64,000 nucleotides of DNA from an uncultured Bacilli bacterium (GTDB lineage Bacteria; Bacillota_I; Bacilli_A; RFN20; CAG-631), in contig CANQVX010000007.1 in the NCBI GenBank assembly GCA_947627355.1, positions 14,952 through 78,951 of the forward strand. The letters are read 5' to 3'. This document shows, piece by piece, positions 40,326-50,200 of the stretch. The notes under the pieces were generated by a model, which worked only from the letters and a program-made list of their open reading frames with translations, ran no database searches and was not told the DNA's origin. A program made the position numbers and the translations under genes. Each line of letters starts with the position of its first letter. Within the stretch, counting starts at the first letter, position 1.

Positions 40326-41726
40326 TTGCTTGAAACATTTTCTAATAAAAATGATATTCCTTATGGTGCCTTAGAAGTTTATAGTGCATTTGCTAATAGT
40401 AATGGGGGAACTATTGTTTTAAGAATTGAAGAGACTTCTAAAAATATTTTTGAATCAGCAAAACTTAGTCTTAAAGAAATTGAAACATTACAAAAAGGAT
40501 TTTGGGATGCAATAAATAACTCACAAAAAGTTAGTGTTAATATTTTGGTCGACAAAGATGTTTATGTTGATGACTATGATGGCTATCCAGTTCTTGTAAT
40601 TAATGTTAAAAGAGCAAGTCGCTATGAAAAACCGGTTTATATTAATAACAACCTTTATAATGGTACTTATCGTAGAAATCATGAAGGCGATTATCATTGT
40701 AGCAAACAAGAAATTGACTTGATGATTAAAGATTCTAGCAGTCAATCAAATGATAAGACTTGCTTAGAAGAGTTTACAATAAATGATTTAAACTTAGAAT
40801 CAATTTCAAGTTATAAACAAATGTTAAAAGCATCAAATCCAGGTCATATCTTTTTAACTATGCCAGATGAACAATTTTATCTAAATCTAGGAATTGCCAA
40901 ATATGGAAATGATAATAAGATTCATCCAACTAGAGCTGGTTTACTTATGTTTGGTAAGGAATATCGGATCACTGATGAATTTATTCATTATTTTCTAGAT
41001 TATCAAGATCATCGAAATGAAACACCTGAAATTAGATGGATTGATAGAATTCAATCATCATCTGGGGATTGGAGTGGTAATGTTTTTGATTTCTTTTTTA
41101 AGGTCAATAACAAAATAAGTCAAGGCTTATCTATTCCTTTTAAATTAGATGGTGTTCAAAGAATAGATGATACTGATATGCATAAAGCTTTAAGAGAAGC
41201 ATTATGTAACACTTTATCAAATGCTGATTATTATGGAACTAGAGGAGTTGTTATTAAAAAATATCAAGATAGAATTGAGTTTGCAAATCCTGGTTGTATG
41301 AGAATGAGTATTGAAGAAGCCTTAGCCGGAGGCAATACTGATCCTAGAAATGAAACAATTTTAAAAATATTTAGTTTGATTAAAATTGGTGAAAGAGCTG
41401 GCACAGGCATTCAAACAATTATGAATGCAGTAAAGAAATCAGGTTATGATTCAATAAAAATTGAAGAAACTTTTAATCCAGATCGAACAAAAATGACAAT
41501 CTATTTAACATCCAATGATACAAACAATAATAGACTTTTATCAAATACCGAAAAAAAGTCGTTAGAATACATCAAAGAAAAAAAAGAAGTTTCAAGGAAA
41601 GATTTGGAAAAATATTTAGACTGTAAAAAAACAAAATGCATTAATGTTTTAAAAGTATTATTAGAAAAAGGATTTATAAGAAAAATTGATCTAGGAAAAA
41701 ATATTAAATACGCCACTAATTTTTAA
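40326..41726 (+). CDS. AlbA_2 (Schlafen-like DNA-binding) plus HATPase_c_4 ATP-binding regulator; main ORF lacks the AlbA_2 N-terminus and an RBS; probable frameshift relative to ATG 40288
   Basis: SAFANSNGGTIVLRIEE AlbA_2 core; C-terminal HATPase-like and wHTH; ATG 40288 with RBS AAAGGA is in the +1 frame and terminates after 28 codons. Confidence 0.6.
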   Translation: MLETFSNKNDIPYGALEVYSAFANSNGGTIVLRIEETSKNIFESAKLSLKEIETLQKGFWDAINNSQKVSVNILVDKDVYVDDYDGYPVLVINVKRASRYEKPVYINNNLYNGTYRRNHEGDYHCSKQEIDLMIKDSSSQSNDKTCLEEFTINDLNLESISSYKQMLKASNPGHIFLTMPDEQFYLNLGIAKYGNDNKIHPTRAGLLMFGKEYRITDEFIHYFLDYQDHRNETPEIRWIDRIQSSSGDWSGNVFDFFFKVNNKISQGLSIPFKLDGVQRIDDTDMHKALREALCNTLSNADYYGTRGVVIKKYQDRIEFANPGCMRMSIEEALAGGNTDPRNETILKIFSLIKIGERAGTGIQTIMNAVKKSGYDSIKIEETFNPDRTKMTIYLTSNDTNNNRLLSNTEKKSLEYIKEKKEVSRKDLEKYLDCKKTKCINVLKVLLEKGFIRKIDLGKNIKYATNF

Positions 41727-41741
41727 ACTAAAAATAGCAAA

Positions 41742-41768
41742 AATGTCCATTAGAATGGGCATTTTTCG
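41742..41768 (+). terminator. rho-independent terminator
   Basis: AATGTCCAT-taga-ATGGGCATT + T5 (one G-U pair). Confidence 0.55.
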
Positions 41769-41854
41769 TTAATAAGAATATTTGATATTTTATCTAAAAT
41801 ATTATAAAATACGAATTGACTAAAAAAATGATAATTAAGTAAAAGGGGATTTAT

Positions 41855-43393
41855 ATGATTGTAGCATTAACAGGTGCCACTGGAAACATGGGCAAAGAAA
41901 CCTTAAAAAAACTATTACAAATAAACGAAATAGATAAAGTTAAAATATTAGTCTTAGAAGATGATAAAAGACAAAATGAACTATTAAAATATAATAAAAA
42001 AGATAAATCAAGAATTGAAATAATTAGAGGTAACATCGCTTCAAATGAAGCATGTGTTAAACTTTGTAAAGATGCTAGTTATGTTATAAACATGGCCGCA
42101 GTTATACCACCTCATTCAGATAAATACCCACTTAAAGCAATTGAATGTAATCAAATAGGTGTTGAAGTATTAGTAAATGTTATAGAAAATACTAAACCTC
42201 AACCTAAATTTATTCATATTTCAACTGTTGCTTTATATGGTAATCGTAATTCATACCATCCATGGGGTAGAGTTGGCGATCCATTACTTGTTAGTGCCTT
42301 TGATATTTATGCTATCACTAAACTTCGTGGTGAGTTTTGTGTTTTAGAATCTAATATCGATAATTTTGTTATACTTCGTCAAACAGCTATGCTTCATAAA
42401 AGAATGCTTAAAGATAATATGAGTGATGGTTTAATGTTTCATACTTGTTTCAATGCTCCTTTAGAATGGGTTACTGCAAATGATTCAGGAACTTTAATAG
42501 CAAATATTATTAAAAAAGATTTAGTTGAAGATTTAAGTAAAACATTTTGGAAAAAAGTATTCAATATTGCCGGTGGAAACGTTAATTGTGTCACAGGTTA
42601 TAATACTTTAGATGATGGCTTTAAATTGATTGGTGGTAGTTGTAAAGACTTTTTTGAACCTAATTATAATGCTACTAGAAACTTTCATGGTTTATGGTTT
42701 TATGATGGTAATAAACTAGAAGAAATGTTTAACTACCAAAGTGAATCAACTACTGATTTCTGGCTGCAACTTAAAAAAGAAAATTGGTATTTTAAATTAG
42801 GAAAAATAGTACCAAAAAGATTAATCAAAAAGTTTGTAATTAAAAGATTATTTAAAAACTATAATTCACCTAAGTATTGGTTAAAACATGATGATATAGC
42901 AAGAATCTATGCTTATTATGGTGGTCTAGATAATTATAATAACATAAAAGCTTCATGGAATGATTTTTCATTACTTATTGAAAACAAAGATGAACAAGGA
43001 AATGCTATAGATTATCTAAAACTAAAAGATAAAAATAATGCCAAACTTATTGATTTTGGCATTGATATCGATAAAGATAACTTTACAATCGAAGAGATAC
43101 AAAAATATGTTAGCATGCATGGTGGGAAACTAATTTCTACAACTGTTAATTCTATGTATGATAAACTTACTTTTGAAGACATGGATGGTAATAGATTTAT
43201 AGCTCGTCCTTATACTATTATCAAAGCAGGACACTGGTATCATCAGGGTTATAAAGATAATGTTTGGGATTTTGATCGTCTTGCTAAGATTGATAAAATC
43301 TATGCTCAAATATGGTATGACAGTCATAAAACTGATGAAGATAAGTTTTATTATTATGATAAAGATTTCAAGGCACATATGGTGGATTTATGA
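41855..43393 (+). CDS. NAD(P)-binding epimerase/dehydratase (extended SDR) family protein with about 200-aa C-terminal extension
   Basis: Rossmann GATGNMG, YxxxK (YAITK); 512 aa. Confidence 0.65.
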   Translation: MIVALTGATGNMGKETLKKLLQINEIDKVKILVLEDDKRQNELLKYNKKDKSRIEIIRGNIASNEACVKLCKDASYVINMAAVIPPHSDKYPLKAIECNQIGVEVLVNVIENTKPQPKFIHISTVALYGNRNSYHPWGRVGDPLLVSAFDIYAITKLRGEFCVLESNIDNFVILRQTAMLHKRMLKDNMSDGLMFHTCFNAPLEWVTANDSGTLIANIIKKDLVEDLSKTFWKKVFNIAGGNVNCVTGYNTLDDGFKLIGGSCKDFFEPNYNATRNFHGLWFYDGNKLEEMFNYQSESTTDFWLQLKKENWYFKLGKIVPKRLIKKFVIKRLFKNYNSPKYWLKHDDIARIYAYYGGLDNYNNIKASWNDFSLLIENKDEQGNAIDYLKLKDKNNAKLIDFGIDIDKDNFTIEEIQKYVSMHGGKLISTTVNSMYDKLTFEDMDGNRFIARPYTIIKAGHWYHQGYKDNVWDFDRLAKIDKIYAQIWYDSHKTDEDKFYYYDKDFKAHMVDL

Positions 43394-44277
43394 AAAGAGT
43401 ATTAATTTGTTATTTTTCAGGTACAGGAAATACCTTTAAAGTTGTTAATGAATATGTTAAGTTCTTTAATGAACATGGTTATGATACAACCTTATTTAAC
43501 ATGGATAATAAAGAATTTAACCTAAATATTTTAGAATATGATTTGTTTGGAATTGCTTATCCAATTCATGCTTTTAATGCGCCATCAAATATCTTAAAGT
43601 TTGCTAAATCACTAGATAAACTACCTAAGAAAACTAAAAAATCATATTTTATAATTAAAACTTCAGGTGAACCATTAAAACTTAATAACATCTCATCGTT
43701 AAAACTAAGATCAATCTTAAAGAAAAAAGGTTATGTTTTAACTAACGAATATCATTATTGTATGCCTTATAACATTATCTTTAGACATACTAATAATATG
43801 GTTTATAAGATGTGGAATATCGCAAGTAATGTTATTCCTTTAGATGCAACTGAAATCATAAATAACAAAGAATCTAAACTTAGTTATGTTTTATTTGGAA
43901 GGCTTCTAGCTTTTATTTTTAGAATTGAACACTGGGGTGGTAGGTTTAATGGAAAACATTATAAGGTTAATGATACCTGCCTTAAATGTGGAAAGTGTAT
44001 TAAAAACTGTCCTACCAATAACATAACCATTGAAAACAATGAATTTAAGTTTAACAAGAATTGTTTAATGTGTATGCGTTGTTCATTTAACTGTCCAGTA
44101 GATGCTATAAAAATAGGCTTATTTAATAAATGGAAAGTAAATGGTTCATATGATTTTAATAGTTATGATGAAAATGAGGTTCAAACTCATCAAAAGTATT
44201 GTAAGAAATCATATCAAAAATATTTTGCTAGAAATCAAAAGCGAATAGATGAGATAAAAACTAACAAGAATATTTAA
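43390..44277 (+). CDS. EFR1-family ferredoxin (flavodoxin-like domain + 2x[4Fe-4S])
   Basis: YFSGTGNT flavodoxin motif, CLKCGKCIKNCP and CLMCMRCSFNCP clusters; start overlaps epimerase stop (ATGA). Confidence 0.6.
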   Translation: MKRVLICYFSGTGNTFKVVNEYVKFFNEHGYDTTLFNMDNKEFNLNILEYDLFGIAYPIHAFNAPSNILKFAKSLDKLPKKTKKSYFIIKTSGEPLKLNNISSLKLRSILKKKGYVLTNEYHYCMPYNIIFRHTNNMVYKMWNIASNVIPLDATEIINNKESKLSYVLFGRLLAFIFRIEHWGGRFNGKHYKVNDTCLKCGKCIKNCPTNNITIENNEFKFNKNCLMCMRCSFNCPVDAIKIGLFNKWKVNGSYDFNSYDENEVQTHQKYCKKSYQKYFARNQKRIDEIKTNKNI

Positions 44278-44323
44278 TTTTATTTAAAATTTTATTATAA
44301 TTAAACCGATAGGAGTGATACAT

Positions 44324-45025
44324 ATGTCAACACCTCATAATCAAGGAAAAGAAAATGATTTTGCTAAAACTGTTTTAATGCCTGGTGATCCACTTAGAGC
44401 TAAATTTATTGCTGAAAACTATCTAGAAAACGTTAGATTAGTTAATAGTGTTCGTAATATGTTAGCTTATACTGGTACTTATAAAGGAAAAGAAGTAACT
44501 GTTATGGGTTCAGGTATGGGAATGCCATCGATTGGTATTTATAGTTATGAACTATTTAAGTTCTATGGTGTAGAACAAATTATTAGAATCGGTTCCTGTG
44601 GTGCTTATCAACCAAATTTAAAATTATTTGATATTTTAATTTGTGCTGGTACTTCAACTGATTCAAACTATGCTAGTCAATATGAGCTTAATGGTACATA
44701 TTCAGCTATCGCATCTTTTGATTTACTAGAAAAAGCTGTCGCTAGTGCCAAGGCTAGAAATGCTAATTATTATGTTGGAAATATCTTATCTAGTGATTTA
44801 TTTTATCGCGCTGATAGTGATATTTATAAAAAATGGCAAGCCATGGGAATTCTTGGAGTTGAAATGGAAAGTTATGCTTTATATTGCAATGCTGCTTATC
44901 TAAACAAAAAAGCATTAACTATTTTAACTGTTTCTGATTCATTAGTTAATAAAACTGAAACAACCGCCAAAGAAAGAGAACAATCATTTACTCAAATGAT
45001 GGAAATCGCTTTAGATTTAATTTAA
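44324..45025 (+). CDS. deoD: purine nucleoside phosphorylase DeoD-type
   Basis: MSTPHN...LMPGDPLRAKFIAENYLE near-identical to DeoD N-terminus. Confidence 0.9.
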   Translation: MSTPHNQGKENDFAKTVLMPGDPLRAKFIAENYLENVRLVNSVRNMLAYTGTYKGKEVTVMGSGMGMPSIGIYSYELFKFYGVEQIIRIGSCGAYQPNLKLFDILICAGTSTDSNYASQYELNGTYSAIASFDLLEKAVASAKARNANYYVGNILSSDLFYRADSDIYKKWQAMGILGVEMESYALYCNAAYLNKKALTILTVSDSLVNKTETTAKEREQSFTQMMEIALDLI

Positions 45026-45031
45026 TTATCT

Positions 45032-45658
45032 ATGTGGTGGAAAATCTTAGTTGCTACAATTTTATTTTTAATTGTTCTAGTTTTAATATTCTATAAACAG
45101 TTAAAAATGTTATATGTAGGATTAACAAAGAAAAAAAGAATTCAAAGGAACTTATATCACGCTTGTAAAAGCGAAAACTTTTTAACAATTTCTGATATCT
45201 TTATCGAAGTTAATCAAAAAAATATTCATCAAGCTGATACTATTATCTTTGCTAATAAATACATCTATGTTGTTAAACAACTTATCTATCTTGGTAGATT
45301 AGATGGTAATCGTGATGATGCTAGATGGCGTCTATATAATAAAAATGAAATGCAACTTGTAATCAATCCATTTAAAGATAACTATAAAAGAATTCAAAGA
45401 GTTGCTAATATCTTAAATCTATCATTAGATAACTTTAAAAGTATTGTTTGTCTTGCTAAAACCATTCAAAAAGGTGATATCAAGATAAATAACAATGATG
45501 AATTTATTTGTTTAGAAGATGAAGTAATACCAGCTATCAAAATGATTGAAAAAAATTCAAATGCTAATCCATATGATATCGATGAAGTAGAAAAATATGC
45601 TAACATGTTATATCGATATGGTTTAGACAATGAAAAGAAAGTGAAAAGAGGTAAATAA
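45032..45658 (+). CDS. membrane-anchored NERD-like (nuclease-related domain) protein
   Basis: N-terminal TM, about 200 aa; family assignment tentative. Confidence 0.4.
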   Translation: MWWKILVATILFLIVLVLIFYKQLKMLYVGLTKKKRIQRNLYHACKSENFLTISDIFIEVNQKNIHQADTIIFANKYIYVVKQLIYLGRLDGNRDDARWRLYNKNEMQLVINPFKDNYKRIQRVANILNLSLDNFKSIVCLAKTIQKGDIKINNNDEFICLEDEVIPAIKMIEKNSNANPYDIDEVEKYANMLYRYGLDNEKKVKRGK

Positions 45659-45659
45659 A

Positions 45660-45872
45660 ATGTTATTCAAGAAAAAAAAAGCCACAATTAAAGTAACTAC
45701 TATGAAATGTGCTAACTGTGCTAAAAGAATCGAAAATGCTTTAAAAGAAAGAAATGTTAGTACTAAAATCAATTTAGAAACTAAAGAAGTTGAACTTTAT
45801 TTTAAAGATGGAATTATCACAGTTGATGAAGTAAAGAAAATCATTACTGATTTAGGTTATGAAGTCGCTTGA
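45660..45872 (+). CDS. copZ: heavy-metal-associated domain copper chaperone
   Basis: MKCANCAKRIE (MxCxxC) ferredoxin-like HMA fold, 70 aa. Confidence 0.7.
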   Translation: MLFKKKKATIKVTTMKCANCAKRIENALKERNVSTKINLETKEVELYFKDGIITVDEVKKIITDLGYEVA

Positions 45873-46542
45873 TTTTTTAAAATATCATGAAGAGTTAAGT
45901 TATTCTTATTCCTATGGGGCTTTTGTAACCTTTGAACTGATAAACAATCATCCTAAAGATACTATAGCTATCATTGTTGATGATAGCTTTATAAAAAATG
46001 ATAAATTCAAAGATTTAGAAAAGTTAACAAAAAAACACAATATCCCCCTTTTTATCGACAATAAATTGATTTCCAAACTAAGAAACAAAGATAATTGTTA
46101 TGTAATCGGAGTATTTAAAAAATATAAAGAAGCCTTAACAAATGGTCGACATATAATCCTAGAAAACATAAATGAACTAGGAAAACTTGGAACCATTATA
46201 AGAGGTATGAATGGCTTTGATTTCAAACAACTAGTCTTATTAAATTCTAGTATTGATTACTTCAGTCCTCATGTTATTAGATCTAGTATGGGTTCCTTCT
46301 TCCATGTAAAGATAAAAGAATATAAATCAATAGAAGATTATAAAAAAGATTTTCCTAATCAAGAAATCTATGTTTGTAACGAAAAAGGAAAAAGTAATCT
46401 AGAATCAATAGATCCTAGTATAGAAAACTTAACATTATGGTTTAGTGATAACATAACTAAAGAAAAATCAATAAAAATTGCTAGTGATTTAGACTTAGAA
46501 AATAATGCAAACATCCTATTTTTTCATTTTTTTAACAATTAG
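45859..46542 (+). CDS. SPOUT/TrmH-family RNA methyltransferase-like protein
   Basis: motif NELGKLGTIIRG resembles SpoU motif I; overlaps copZ stop. Confidence 0.45.
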   Translation: MKSLDFLKYHEELSYSYSYGAFVTFELINNHPKDTIAIIVDDSFIKNDKFKDLEKLTKKHNIPLFIDNKLISKLRNKDNCYVIGVFKKYKEALTNGRHIILENINELGKLGTIIRGMNGFDFKQLVLLNSSIDYFSPHVIRSSMGSFFHVKIKEYKSIEDYKKDFPNQEIYVCNEKGKSNLESIDPSIENLTLWFSDNITKEKSIKIASDLDLENNANILFFHFFNN

Positions 46543-46589
46543 GATGTTTTCTTTTTTTGTTTTTGCATATGATACTATGAGGTGGCATC

Positions 46590-47009
46590 ATGGCAAGAAT
46601 AAAATATATTGATTCTGATGTTATATTACTTGCTAGAATTATGCGAGCAGAAGCCTTAGGTGAAGGCGATGTTGGTATGAAACTAGTAGGTAATGTTGTT
46701 GTTAATCGAGTTATTGCTACTTGTGGCACATTTAAAAAAACAGACACTATTTCAAAAGTTGTTTATCAAAAAAATCAATTTGCAGGAGTTAACACTCCTT
46801 TATTTAAATCATATCCAACAGTAAAAGAAAGAAGACTTGCTAGGCAATGTTTAGAATATTATACCAAGTGGCCTGCCACTAGAGCTTTGTTTTTTAAAAA
46901 TCCTGGAAAAGGTAAATCATGCCCTAAACAATTCTTTGGTTTGTTTGTTGGGAAATACAAAAAACATTGTTTCTATCGAGCAAATAACAACTTAAAGTGT
47001 GGATTATAA
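46590..47009 (+). CDS. cwlJ: spore cortex-lytic/germination cell wall hydrolase CwlJ-like
   Basis: 139 aa; LLARIMRAEALGEG, LVGNVVVNRV, KHCFY match CwlJ/SleB catalytic domain. Confidence 0.75.
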   Translation: MARIKYIDSDVILLARIMRAEALGEGDVGMKLVGNVVVNRVIATCGTFKKTDTISKVVYQKNQFAGVNTPLFKSYPTVKERRLARQCLEYYTKWPATRALFFKNPGKGKSCPKQFFGLFVGKYKKHCFYRANNNLKCGL

Positions 47010-47036
47010 AAAAATATCGAGTGAATCGATATTTTT
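47010..47036 (+). terminator. rho-independent terminator
   Basis: AAATATCGA-gtgaa-TCGATATTT + T-run. Confidence 0.7.
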
Positions 47037-47205
47037 AATACACAAATATTTAAAATTGTCGGTAAAATCGATATTTATAATAAAATAAATCAATTTAATT
47101 ATTTTTTAGTTTGATATTTACTTTGTTTTTCAAATTTACTAAAATGAAGTTGTAGGTCAAATAATAAATAATTCTTTTAAAATAATAGAATGTGAGGTGA
47201 CATAA

Positions 47206-50200
47206 ATGGAAGAAAACAATATTTTAGAAGGAATTGATTTAAGCAATGAAATTTTAAACAAAAGAACAAATAATTCTAAGTTCTACTTACAACCAGATGG
47301 TGCAGTTGTAATGATTTCTGATTTATGTGATGACGATATAATGTTAACAAGCACAAATTCAGACACAGAAATAACAAGTTTTGAATCAACCGGAACAACA
47401 GTTACATTACAAGAGCAAGAAGTAAAATTTGGAAAAGATAAAACAACTAATCAATTTTATAGAGCATATTTCCAATTTTATAATTATAGTTTTTTGAGTA
47501 AAGATGTCACTTCCGCAACATTAACTCTACACATTAACAATACAAAATATGCAACAGCTTTATATTATTCAATTTATCCTATTAAATCTAGAATTTTTGC
47601 TGGTGATAGACTACCAGAATATGATGAAAGCAGTCCTCTTGTAGAAAAGCAATATCCATCATCAGCAACATTAACATTAAATGTGCAAAAAATTATTGCA
47701 AATGATTATTGGGGAATAGTTATAAAGTCAAGTGAAGATAGTTCTGTACCTGGAACAGGAACATTTTATGGTTCAAAAAATTCATCTTCAAGTAATAGAC
47801 CGCAATTAATAGTCAAATATTATGATAGTATTTCTGTATCTAACAGCGAAAATGTAGGAACCATCACATTAAATGATAAAAGTTTTGCAAACATTAAGAA
47901 TATTAGCGGTTATAAAGAATTTAAACATTTATGTTTATCCCTTGGTGGAATTGATTTATATCATATCTATAATGATATTATCGGAAGATATTCATCTGTT
48001 AATAGTAAAAAAGCAACACAAGAATATCGTTTTGGTGTTGGTGCAAAATGTAATTTTCATATGAATCTATTTAATGAAAACAGATTAAATAATCAAATAA
48101 GTGATAGTACAATAACATTGATAGACGATAATGATAGTTATATGCCATTTAATAAAAAATATTATTATGTTAAAAATGGAAAAAGAATTTTTGTTAATGA
48201 AAACGAAATCAAAGAAAAGAATTTTAAATACATATATGTTGATAGTGATGGAATAGAATATGACATAACAATTTCATATTTTGATTTTTTAGGTCGAGAA
48301 ATACGTGTTGATAAATCAAAAGCTGCAATGTTTGAAGCGTTGGTAAATAATAAATACAATCTTACCTATTATGTAAAAGACATAAAAGGTAATGTTGTTG
48401 ATATTGAATATGATATTCAAACAAATACAGCCACATATAAAATGGCTCAATTAGAAGAATATAACGGAAATGTGTTTGTAGTAGATAATGATTTTATAAC
48501 AATTGAAAATGGAGTCAAAGTATATCATAAAAATGGTTTTAATATTAAAGTGCAAAACGATAGTTATTTACAAAAAGTATCAGTTATAAAACAAAACGAT
48601 AATCTTTATTTGCATTCAAACTATGTAATGTATGACATGTATGGGAATCCAACATGGGCAAGTTATAAGAAGCAAATATATGAAAAGATAAATATGAATG
48701 GTATTGATTTTTCAAATGTTAGCATACCAGAAGAATTATATTACCTAAGACAAGAATTGGATCAATTAGAAGAAACAAAAGAAAATATTCAAAAACAAAT
48801 CGAACAATACACAGAATATTTAACTTATAGTGATGCTAAAATAAAAGAAAAGATGTTGCAAATACAACAAGAACTACTTTTATATGAAATCAAAGATAAC
48901 ACAAATAAACAAATTGAAGAGAATGCAGATAATTTTATTAAAGTGTATGAATCAATGCCTGAAGATAAGCTTTGGCATATTCTTTGGCGGCAATCTGCAC
49001 AAGCTAAATATGAAGAATATGTTAGAAGAAACTTAACAATTGAATATCAAAATTTGCAATATTACTTAAATGAATTAAACATGTCTTCAATACCAAGAGA
49101 AGAAAATCATATCAAGAAAACAATAGAAGAATATGAAAGTGATTTAGATAATGTTGAAAAAGAAATAGAAAACACAAGAGCAAATATTATTGAATTAGTT
49201 GAACAAGAAAAGAGAAAACCAATTGATTGTTTATTATTAAATGGAACAGAAATATGGTTTGATTTTTTCGGTAAAATGGTACAAATCAAAAGAATTAAAC
49301 AGGAAATAAATATTAATTATGATAGAGATGATTATTTAATTAATATCACAAATCAAAACAATGAAAAATTATTTGATTTTGAATACGAAAATGGATTTGT
49401 AACAAAGATTACAGATGCAACTGGAAAATATGTAACACTAGAATATGATTCAAGTGATCGAATTCAACAAATAACTCATGATAACGGTGAATATGTAAAA
49501 TATGGATATTATGATTTTGGATTGCATAACGTTTATGATAACTGTGGAAGAAATTTAGCACTTGCTACAGGAAGTGTTGTCACATCATGTAGTTTTAATT
49601 CAAAAATAAGTGAAATAAATGATGAAGGCATTGTAACAGATACCCAAGAAATATTATATTATTATGAAACTATTGCAACAGCAAATAAGCATTGGAGAAT
49701 AATACGTGATGACAATGATATATATATTCATACATACGATAATTACTGTAATTTAGTAGGAGTTTTTGAATCAAACAATACAATTCCAAGTGAAAAAATA
49801 CAAGTAGGAAAAGAACCATCATATCGTTTTTATGGAACAGATAAAAAATATGATGTATATTTAAATTACAAGGCAAATCTTCTACAAAACGGAAGTTTCG
49901 AGGATGGTCTAAGTAATTGGATTTTAAGCAACTCAAATAATCAAATTACTAAAGATGCATATGTAGATGGTAGTAATGCAATAAATCTTTCATTAGGATA
50001 TATGTATCAAAATGTGCCAATTGAAAATGTAAAAGATTATAATTATTTAGTTTTTGGTGGTTATGCGTTAGCTAAATCAGCACCAGTTAGAATGAATCAA
50101 AGACAAATTGATGAATCATTAAACAATCAAATAAGTAGTGGTACAAAATTTGAATTAAGAGCACAACTAGAATACAATGATGGAAGCACAGAAGTATTTA

